A DNA stretch of 64,000 nt from the human T2T-CHM13v2.0 reference genome, Homo sapiens, in assembly GCF_009914755.1 (NCBI RefSeq), contig NC_060938.1; one strand, written 5' to 3'. Below, in pieces: positions 28,019 through 38,470 of this stretch. Each line of letters starts with the position of its first letter. Positions within the stretch are counted from its first letter, which is position 1. Below the pieces are notes generated by a model. The model was not told the DNA's origin, did not search any database, and was given only the letters and a program-made list of their open reading frames with translations. A program made the position numbers and the translations under genes.

Positions 28019-28038
28019 TATATATATATATATATATA

Positions 28039-28069
<31 letters not shown>

Positions 28070-28096
28070 GTGTATATATATATATATATATATGTG

Positions 28097-28129
<33 letters not shown>
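28019..28129. repeat. Compound (TA)n/(TG)n microsatellite
   Basis: TA runs interrupted by TGTG, ending in (TG)n. Confidence 0.95.
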
Positions 28130-29189
28130 CTTTTTGTCAATTTAATTTCTCAATTCTTGTTTACTATATAGTTACAAATTGTACCTTCCATCCTTATGGG
28201 TTGTTTATATTGGAGGATCAAGTTGCATTCCTTTCCATTTATCTCCATCAAATTTTGTCTTATTAGATATAGGCTGTAGTTTTAGCCTATCATGATCTCT
28301 TGGAGTCCCTTCAGCCTCACCTGGCACACTCATAACTCTCAGTGTCAGTTCATCTACACACATGATTATTTGGCTCTCTCCATCTTCACTGGGGCTCTTG
28401 ATAAACATGAAAGATGAGATCAGGCCTGACCTCCCACAAGAGCCTGTGTCCTAATGGGTTTGCGCCTTCTTTGAATGCTGTTCTTTAGCCAGTGACCAGT
28501 CTTCTTGGTCTGTCTGCCTCACAGTTCTCATATCATGAGAAGATCTGCTGAAGTCCATATATAACTCATGTGTATCTCTACCATAACAGATCAGTATTCT
28601 TGACAGAAAAGGAATTTAGGTTAGCCTGACATGACTTCTTAGTTCTTGGGAAAACTTAGTTTTTAGTAAAAAAAAAAAAAAGTGTTATAGTTAAAGGTTA
28701 AAAAAAAAGTCTCTTCCTGTCTCTCCCCATCTCCATTCCGCTTTCAGCACAATATAAACTTCAAATGCTCTTTTCTATGTGTCCATTTGTTAAGAACAGA
28801 ATTAAGGTCCTTGGAGGCTGTTTCCCCTTCTTTTTCCTAAAGGGTAAGGCTTGGTGACTAAGACTAGGATCAGCTCCGCAGATTTCAGGAAAAGAAGAGA
28901 AGATGCAAGAAGGGTGGTATTCCTAGACATGACCAAATTATGGGAGAGAGGACTAGGGTATAGAGTGGGCTCAAAAGAGAGGACAGTGAGCTTCCTATTG
29001 CAAAGCATGGTGGATATTTGCCCTTAGTTTTCTAGAAGAGAGGTTGGTTTTGACTTGGGGAACTGTAAGAAGGAAGTTCCAGCCTACAAAACAGGAACTA
29101 GTAATAATTTTCTTTAAAACCCTTCTTCAAGTGACATAACAAAAATAATAGATTAACATATATATGTATCAGGAAGTGCATTAAGTTGC

Positions 29190-29740
29190 TTTTATTGAAA
29201 TATAGCATACATAGAGAAAAGCACATACATTGTAAGTATACAGCTCCCTTGTTGCATTTTCACAAACTGAACACATTACGCAGAATCACCCAGATCAAGA
29301 AACAGGATTCCTTCACCCCTTTGCCTTCTTCTAATCATTAACCACTATTCTGACATTTAACAGCATAGAATAAATAATTTTGCCTCTTTTCGGTTTACAT
29401 AAATGAAGCACATACAGTATGTGTCTTACTTTGCTCAATATTATGTATGTGAGATTCATCCACGCTTCTGTCGAGATGAAGAGCAATCATTCTCAAAGCT
29501 GTATAGTATTTTGCATGAATAGACTACAATTTATCCACTCTACTGCAGGTAGACATTGGGTGATTTTCTAGGTTTTGTCTATTATGAATAGTGTTGCCAT
29601 GAACATTCTCATGCATATTTTCAGTTGGACATTTGTAAGCATTTCTGTTCGTGTATACCTAAAAGGGTAATTGTGGAGTCCTGGGGTAAAAATGTTCAGC
29701 TTTAGTAGATACTGCCAGCATAATTTTCCAAAAGTAGTTA
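29190..29740 (-). mobile_element. Old L1M (L1ME-like) 3'-end fragment
   Basis: tttattgaaatatagcatacatagagaaaag...attatgaatagtgttgccatgaacattc. Confidence 0.7.
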
Positions 29741-32700
29741 CATTTTTATAAATTTTTAAATTTCATGAAGTTCAAAACTGCCCTATGAGATAGGTATTAT
29801 TCCCCCCCCCCCTTTTTTTTGATGAAGAAAGACTCAAGAGAGTTGCCCAAGGTTAAATAGCTATAGGAATGAGAGTCTGGGTTTAAATTCAGCTGTGCCT
29901 GCCTCCAAAGCCCATGTTCTCTCTCACTAGCCTGAACTACTTTTATATCTTTGAGAGAATTCATGCCTTAACCTCCCTCACTACATGCAGTAGAGCCTTT
30001 GCTGTTGTATTAAGATAGATAGTGCTGACTATGTGAGCTTGCCCTAATGGTGTGGTGTCTGGAGGGGTACAGTTTAATTGAGGGAGCACATTTCTGAGGT
30101 TCTTGTATAAGAACAAGCCTCTGTCCACCTGCAAAACACACAAGAAGAGAAACAAGCCCATATCCTATGCCTTTGTTCAAGTGCATGGGCAAATGGGTGT
30201 GGAGAGCATTGATGGCAAAGGTGGGTAAGACATGAGGCTCAGGTTACAGGGAGTTCTGGGTGTAGGTGGCCATATGAGATGGAAGCTTCTGCTAGTTTGT
30301 CAGTGACAACAGTTTTTTATGGTCCAGTATTAGGAGTGTATGAGTCAGGACTCTTGGTCACAACCCAACTCAAACTTGCTAAAGGAAAAAAAGTTTTGGT
30401 TCATGAAATGGAAGTCACAGGATTCATTGGGCTTTAGGTCTGGCTAGATCTAGGTGTTAACACCACTAGAAATCTGTTTGTATCTATTTCTTGGCTCTGA
30501 TTTCTTCCTTGTTGTTTTCATTATTAGACAAAATCCTCTCCAATGGTGGAGATGGATCATACTCCACCAGTAATGATGGTGTCTGTCAAGTTTGAGCTTC
30601 ACTCTAATAATTTGTTGATGTGGTAAGAAGAGAGAGGGGATCCTTTTCACGATAATTCCAGTGAAAGTCCCGGCATTAACTCAAATTCAACTTCAAGTCT
30701 GGGTGAGAGACCCATCTTGAAACTAATCACTGTGGCCAAGAGATTGGAATGTCCCAGTTGACTAAACTGGATCATATGATTTGGGATTGGGATGAACCTC
30801 ACCTTGAATGACACAGAACGAGATTGGTGGTGAAAATCATTTACCTGCAAAGTGGGGTGAGGGGAGCAGTGAACATGGGGCAAAACCACCAGAGAGCCAC
30901 TGGAGAGATTTTCCAGTCCTGGTGAGGGCAGGTCATAGGAAGCTTCTGGAAGAAAACCTGGTAAGCCCCACCTGGGGACTGTGGGATGCCCGCAAAGGCT
31001 GGGCACAAGGACAGTCATCATCGTGACTTCCTAAATCAAACCCACTTGTAGACAGTCCGACTTCCTTGAGTCTGTCTCAAGCTCAGCTAAAGCTCCAGGC
31101 AGTTGGAAAAGGGAGGAATGGAATTGGAAGGAGGGGTGGGGAGGGCAAATGGCAGCCAGATCTTCTGAGCCACACCTTGTGGCAAATAGCCCACATGTCA
31201 GAGTTGTGTGAGCCCCCCCCCACCACACCACCCTGCCCCCTCCTAAGCAGCCGGCTTATGAGACATTTGCAAAGATGTTAACCCCACATAAAAAGTGTGC
31301 CGTTCGATAATTATGTAAATTAGCTGGCAATTAGATAATGTCACTCACTTTCCCTCTCTCGCTTGATTCCCACACAACAGAGAAGTGTTCTGAGCTTCTG
31401 CACCAGCCCGGGCCCTGCATGCAGGCTCTGGGGCAAACCACCTGTGTGCGTGGCTGCCTGCGTTCTCCTATGGTTCAGTAGAGGGTGGCAGTTGTCTGGC
31501 CAGGTGAAGAGGGCTCCCTGGCTCCCGTTTTGCCATTTCTTGAGTCTAGCATGCCCCACCAGAGGGGCAAAGAAGGCTGAAGGATAAACGCTGGCAGCAG
31601 TTGGAGGCCTGCGATATTTAGTGTAAGGGCATCTCTAGCTTTTGGCCATTTTGGCAATTTCCCAGAGGCTGCAGGAATGTCCAAAACTAGGAATGAAAAG
31701 GAAGGGCTGTAGGAAAGAATGTGGATAGACCATAGAGGGTTAAGTCTACATAAGCCCACTTGTGATGTTATCACTTCTGAAACTGGATTCTGCCTGTGGG
31801 AAAGAAAGCTTGGGTTTCCTCAGTCAGCCTTTTTGATCCCCCACAATGCAGGGCAGGGAATGGTGGTATCCCCCAGTGCTGGTCTGGGCTGGAGGGGAAG
31901 GATGAGGGACTGAAGGAATGGGGAGGCTCAGCCTGGAAGGGGTGTGTGGCCCCGACAAAGCAGGCTAAGTGCCCATGATCTTCCCCCACAAGGGAATGTT
32001 TCTGGGCAGCAGAGTTTTTCATTCATGGGTTTCCTCAGGTCACTAAGCGTGTGCTGCTTTGCTCATTGGGGTCATGTGAGGTTGGCATCCAGAGAGGCAT
32101 GGGGGTTCAGGATTGATGTCCTTGTGTAAAGTGGGGTTGTGTGGAGGCCACTGCATGGAACAGAAGTCAAATAATCCACAGGAACATTCTTCCACTTCTG
32201 CTTTTACTGTTCATTCTATCTACAAGTGCTTCCCAAACTCCAGCTCCATGACGAGGCCCTGTGGCAGACACCATGTTGAAGCAGTCATTGCCTCCAGGGA
32301 GCCCCCCATCAGCAATCTGGTTCCAGAGCCTGGGCTCTTAATTGCCGTGCTTTACTGTCTCTGAAGTAAACTTGTCCCCCACTAGTTTGTGATGCCCTGG
32401 AGGGTGAGATTGGTGTCTTTATTTTGCTTTGATCCAGTAGTGCCTGGAATGAATTGGAGCTCAATAAACAGTTGAATTGAAGGGTTTTCTCTTTCCTTTG
32501 AGATGTTGCCCTTTGACTTGGTTGGCATACCTCACCTCATACAAGGAATCATATTCTTAGAAATTGTGTCACGTTTCATGTCCTACCCTCCTGTTATCCA
32601 TGTCCGGCTTCATGTCTTCCACTCACTCCGCTCCAACAGCACCTACCTCCTGCTGTTCTTCAAGTATACCAGCTTGCTCCAGCCTCAGTTCTTTTACATT

Positions 32701-32770
32701 GACTATTATTTCTGGAACATTCTTCCCAGATACTTACATGGCTGATTCCCTCACACTCTTTCAAGTCTTT

Positions 32771-33077
32771 TCTTTTCTTTCTTTCTTTTTTTTTGAGACA
32801 GAGTCTTGTTCTGTTGGAACAAGTGGATGGAGTACAGTGGCACGATCTTGGCTCACTGCAAACTCTGCATCCCAGGTTCCAGCAATTCTCCCTGCCTCAG
32901 CCTCTCGAGTAGCTGGGATCACAGTCGCCTGCCACTGGGACTAATTTTTGTATTTTTAGTAGAGATGGGGTTTCGCCACATTGGCCAGACTGGTCTTGAA
33001 CTCCTGACCTCAGGTGATCCACCCACCTCGGCCTCCCAAAGTGCTGGGATTACAGGCGCAAGCCACCGTGCATAGCC
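32771..33077 (-). mobile_element. Alu (S-type)
   Basis: TSD tcaagtcttt at 32761-32770 and 33078-33087. Confidence 0.88.
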
Positions 33078-33305
33078 TCAAGTCTTTACTTAAATTTCAC
33101 CTTCTCAAATACTCTTTGTGGTGTTTGCCTTTTTTCTGGGGTGTAAATACTCCTTGCCTGTTTATTTCATGCTACCAAAGTCATGCCAACCAGTCAAAGT
33201 TTTTGAAATTTTAGCAGTTGGCTCTCACAAGCCTGTATGAGTTGGCACCAGCATACTCCTGTGTCCATGTCTCAGCTGAGCATCCCTTGAACCACTGGGG
33301 GTACC

Positions 33306-33750
33306 TGTGTGTATGGTAAAAGCACTTGATAACAATAACTTGAGCATACCCTGAGAATGACCCTGCATGGCAGATGCACTTGAATGTGTGTGTCCTACGC
33401 TAGGGAACCTGGGAGTGGCCAACCAGGAGATTCATTCCTTCTCTATGAGGAACATATAAGCCCCTGGCTGGTCCCATGGAACATGGGCTATACAGGGGAT
33501 CAAGGCCCTTTGTTTTAGGGTAAATGAAGGTTGCCAGATAGGGACTGTTATGGGGAGGGTGCTAAGTAAATATGCTGTGTAAACTGCATGCCTTTTGCAA
33601 GCAGTTGCAGCTCTCCTACCCAGCTCACCACCACTGGACTCTCTCCTCTGGATGTAAGCTCCCCGTTAAAACCCATTTCTCATTTGTCAGCTCTGGGATT
33701 ATTCTTCTGCCTCTTGAACCTGGTACCTTCCTTATCGGAGTCTATGGAAG
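33306..33750 (+). mobile_element. ERV LTR relic (MER54-like; subfamily uncertain)
   Basis: gagcataccctgagaatgaccctgcatggcagatgcac ... ggagtggccaaccaggagattcattcctt. Confidence 0.55.
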
Positions 33751-34421
33751 TTTGGCACAGCACCTGTGCCACACTTTAGGGAACATTGCTTGGACAAAGC
33801 CTTTTATAGAACAAAGCCTTTCCTTATAATGGATTTAATCAGCCCCTTGTTCGTTGGGTTTGTTTGTTCATTGGGAATAGGTGTTTGTTCCTGGTTAAGG
33901 AACAGCAGCTTCCTCTTCAAAGAAGGGGTAATAACTAGCTTTGCTGATGTGGTTATCATTAAAATAGGGGATAGTAATGTTCTGATGGAGCCCATGGTGA
34001 ATTATCAAATGTGCCAGGTAATAAGCAGCAACTTGCACAGCTCCTAGAAATCACACTCACTGTTTGATCTGAACAGAGAACTCAGGCGGGCCAGAGTCTG
34101 CCCTCAGAAACCAGACTGCGTGCTGGTGCATTTCTAACTGTTTCTACATCATCATAAAATATATGTAATATACTCTAGGTCATTTGGAACTATCCAGTGT
34201 CACTCTAGGAATTTCTTAACTATTCAGTTGTCATCCATTCTGCAGTTTTCATAATCTTTTTCAGTACTTTTGTTTTTACACATTGCTCACTCTATAGCCA
34301 TACATACATCCACACATACACAGACATACACAAATAACCCCTCCTCCTGTCCCTTCCCACTTCAGAGATAAAGGAAGAGACCTAGGATTTGTTGTCACCT
34401 CCTATGTATAAAGCCTCATGT

Positions 34422-34726
<305 letters not shown>

Positions 34727-34890
34727 CTATACCTGATTTCATTGATTCCTCTCTTCAATCTTGGGAAGAGGCTATTATTTTCTCTACTTTACAAATGAGG
34801 AAATAGAAGCTCAAATAGGTTAAGAAATTTTCTCAAAGTGCCACATACAGGAGCTAGGATTCAAACTCAGCCTTTTTTTTTTAGAAGGAA

Positions 34891-34940
34891 TAAAATAATC
34901 CTCCTCTCTTAATATTCAGTAAGAGAGGAGGATTATTTTA
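34891..34940. repeat. Perfect 21-bp hairpin with 8-nt loop
   Basis: taaaataatcctcctctctta-atattcag-taagagaggaggattatttta. Confidence 0.95.
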
Positions 34941-35423
34941 CTCATTACTCACCTTCCAGTTTATTTTCACTGATTTTTATAAACATTTCTTTCACAAATT
35001 TAGGGGTAGCAATTTGCCTTAGGCTTCCTACAGTGAGTTGTCAAATTGAAAAGGAAAAATCTAGAAAAAAGTTAATGTCATTTGCAAGCTTTTAATAGGT
35101 AAATAAGTAAAAATTAGGTGTGGGTATTTGAATATATAAAATGTTAGCACTTATCTTAAAAATACACTTTGACAATGTGACCTTGTGATGTGAATATTCT
35201 AATAATGTGCTGATATGGCTTTGGGGATTTTTATTATTTTTACATATGGAAAACCTGAGTGCATCATTAGGACCTGGTCGTCTTGTAGTGGCTCTGGAAG
35301 AACCCACGGCCTCCCTCCTGTTTGAAGCACTAAGCACTGTAGCAATCACTAGAATAGCTTGGCTCGAAGTCAGCATTCCATCAATACTTGTGAAATAGGA
35401 TGCAATGTTTTCCTGATATATGG

Positions 35424-35464
35424 TCCTAATCTTCCTCTCCTTCTCCCTCCCCCTCTTCCCACAG
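35424..35464 (+). promoter_or_regulatory. 3' splice acceptor (branch point, polypyrimidine tract, AG)
   Basis: tcctaatcttcctctccttctccctccccctcttcccacag. Confidence 0.85.
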
Positions 35465-35495
35465 GTCTTTTCTCTGGAGTCCTGGGAGGCAAGTT

Positions 35496-35618
35496 ATGGG
35501 CAGCACTGCTTCTGGCCGCACCATGAAGCCTGAGTCTGCTTGCGCTCTGCCCAGGGCCCTGCTCTGTCTGAGCATTGGGCTTCTAGCTGCCCCCCTCCCC
35601 ACAGCCTGCCGCTGCTAG
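35496..35618 (+). other. Upstream ORF (40 aa) in NRXN3 5'UTR: MGSTASGRTMKPESACALPRALLCLSIGLLAAPLPTACRC*
   Basis: ATG 35496 (G at -3, G at +4), second in-frame ATG 35523 (A at -3), TAG 35616-35618. Translation in vivo not shown. Confidence 0.6.
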
Positions 35619-35833
35619 GAGGTAGAACTTTAGGAGTGGTCCTTGGCCTGTTTCTACCTGTCACCTGGCTCACCTCACCACTCACTCCTCCTCCATCACA
35701 GCACCCCGGCCCTCCCTGTCCCTGGCCTCCCTGGCTGGGGCATTTGGGGGTCCGCTGGGAGGAGTGCATCGCTGAAGGCTTCTTCCTACTCTCCTGCACC
35801 TTCTCCTCCTTGAGTCAAGGCCTCCGGATCCAC

Positions 35834-35845
35834 ATGGATAGCTGA
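35834..35845 (+). other. Minimal uORF M-D-S-stop in the 5'UTR
   Basis: ATG GAT AGC TGA. Confidence 0.5.
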
Positions 35846-36167
35846 GATCTTTTCTTGGAGAAAGACGCTTTCCTCTTTACTCCAGTCCCTCACTTCCCCA
35901 CCTGATTTTCCTCCTCTTCTGCTGGTCCTGTCTTTTTCTACTGCCTCTTTATTCAATTTCTTGCTTGTGTGCCCCTCTGGGACTCTCTTGTACACTTTCC
36001 TCCATCTCCACTATCTCAGGATCTGTGTGTGTGCTGCCTTCCTCCTGTGTGCTTTCTGTCCCCCCATCTCTGTCTTGTCTTTCCCACTTCTATTGCCAAA
36101 GGGAGAGATCCTCTCCGGGCTGTTCCCTGGCCTGTCTGCTCCTCCGGGCTCTGTCCCAGCAGCGACA

Positions 36168-36876
36168 ATGAGCTCCACACTCCACTCGGTTTTCTTCACC
36201 CTGAAGGTCAGCATCCTGCTGGGGTCCCTGCTGGGGCTCTGCCTGGGCCTTGAGTTCATGGGCCTCCCCAACCAGTGGGCCCGCTACCTCCGCTGGGATG
36301 CCAGCACACGCAGTGACCTGAGTTTCCAGTTCAAGACCAACGTCTCTACGGGGCTGCTCCTCTACCTGGATGATGGCGGCGTCTGCGACTTCCTATGCCT
36401 CTCCCTGGTGGATGGCCGCGTTCAGCTCCGCTTCAGCATGGACTGTGCCGAGACTGCCGTGCTGTCCAACAAGCAGGTGAATGACAGCAGCTGGCACTTC
36501 CTCATGGTGAGCCGTGACCGCCTGCGCACGGTGCTGATGCTTGATGGCGAGGGCCAGTCTGGGGAGCTGCAGCCCCAGCGGCCCTACATGGATGTGGTCA
36601 GTGACTTGTTCCTTGGTGGAGTCCCTACTGACATACGACCTTCTGCCCTGACCCTTGATGGAGTTCAGGCCATGCCCGGCTTCAAGGGGTTAATTCTGGA
36701 TCTCAAGTATGGAAACTCGGAGCCTCGGCTTCTGGGGAGCCGGGGTGTCCAGATGGATGCCGAGGGACCCTGTGGTGAGCGTCCCTGTGAAAATGGTGGG
36801 ATCTGCTTTCTCCTGGACGGCCACCCCACCTGTGACTGTTCTACCACTGGCTATGGTGGCAAGCTCTGCTCAGAAG
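36168..36876 (+). CDS. NRXN3: Neurexin-3-alpha first coding exon: signal peptide (about aa 1-27), LNS1/laminin-G domain, EGF-like domain 1; ends at a phase-1 splice donor
   Basis: Translation [57 protein letters not shown]...VNDSSWH...LFLGG...GFKG...[30 protein letters not shown] matches the alpha-neurexin N-terminus. ATG at 36168 (gacaATGa), donor GAAG|gtaaga at 36876/36877, 709 nt = 236 codons + 1. Internal part of ORF 35961..36902. Confidence 0.97.
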
Positions 36877-36882
36877 GTAAGA
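36874..36882 (+). promoter_or_regulatory. 5' splice donor of the first coding exon
   Basis: AAG|gtaaga immediately after EGF1, where the neurexin SS1 alternative mini-exons begin. Confidence 0.93.
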
Positions 36883-37221
36883 CCCTCTCCCTCTCTTGCT
36901 AGAGACCCACCCACGGGATGGCTGAGGCTGGGGCTCCTGATACAAACCAGTTCTATATGGATGCATATCTTTAGCTGCATGTTAGATCACTGGGCCCCTT
37001 GCCCTAAGGAGGCAGTGGAAATCCTTTGCCTACTCTTAATGGAGAATCTGTCAGATCTCAGCAGGAGTAGAATCCTGACCCCTGAACCCTGGGCTCTGTA
37101 CCCTACTCAGAGGGTTAGATGAAGTAGGCTGCAGGGTCTGCCCCAGCTTGGCCCCTCTCACTGCAGCACCGTTTATCACAGTCAACCCAGGGCAAGAAAT
37201 CAGATAGAAATTGGGAATTTC

Positions 37222-37542
<321 letters not shown>

Positions 37543-38300
37543 CTACCTGTGTCTCTCCTGAGCCCTTGAGGTTTGGACCCTTAGGGATAGCTGGGAAACT
37601 CCCCATCACTTCCTCTTAATCATCCCTCACATAAAGAATGCCTGTGCAAAGAAAAATGAACCCAGTTCTTCTATTGGGGCCCACCCCACCTCCCAACCCT
37701 CTGGGAGGTGTCTAGAAGGTGGATGAGGCATCTGCGCCAGGCCCTTCTTACCTTTTTGTTTTTGGCAATGAGGATTTCTCACATGAGGTACCTCTTTAGA
37801 TGTGGTTCCCTTTCCCATCCTCTCCATGTACTGAGAACATTGCAAAGAGGCACAGAGATTGACTGCAGTGTTGTTCAGCCAAGCCTCCAAGGGAGCTGAG
37901 AGTATACAGCATAGCCTGGAGAACCTCCCAGGTTCAACCGTGACTTCCCAGGGAGAAGCAGGGAGGCACAGAGGCTTAGGTTGCCCTCCCTTGCTCACCA
38001 AATCTGACTGTTTGGGATTAGATCTAAGAGAGGTGGCTCAAACTTTAACTTGACAAATACTTAAAATCCAAATTCCTGGACTTACTCACGGCTTAGATTT
38101 GGGTAGCAGGAACTGCTGACATGAGAAGCTGAGAACCAACCATACAGGTATGTATGTTGAGAGGTTAGGGTGACAGGAGGCAAGGAAGTCACATTTCCTT
38201 CTATCCTTTTAGGGTTAAGCCCTGGTTTCTCTTAGACGGGTTTTATGTTGCCATCCCCTACTGGTCTCTTCGTGGAGGTGGTGTAAGGTATAGGGCAGAA

Positions 38301-38470
38301 CAGTGGTTCTCAATTTAGCTGCATGTTAAGATTGTCTTGGGGGAATTTAAACTCCAGACCACACCCCAGGCTAATTAAATCAGAATATCTTGGCATGGGA
38401 TCCAAGCATTTGTATGTTTTTAAAGCTCTCCACATAATTCCTGTGCACAATCAAGGTTAAGGACTAACTA
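38301..38470. mobile_element. hAT DNA transposon relic (MER5A-like)
   Basis: cagtggttctcaatttagctgcatg...taaatcagaat... Confidence 0.65.

Larger units (their letters stand above)
35465..36167 (+). other. NRXN3: 5'UTR portion (703 nt) of the NRXN3 first coding exon
   Basis: Strong acceptor: branch-like ctaat, long pyrimidine tract cttcctctccttctccctccccctcttcccacag|G at 35464/35465. No CpG-island promoter seen in the window, so the first exon is presumably upstream. Confidence 0.8.

Noticed and set aside
35814-36167. In-frame open region upstream of the NRXN3 ATG (ORF track starts at TTG 35961)
   Set aside because: No AUG; lack of stops is explained by C/T-rich composition; the signal peptide starts at 36168
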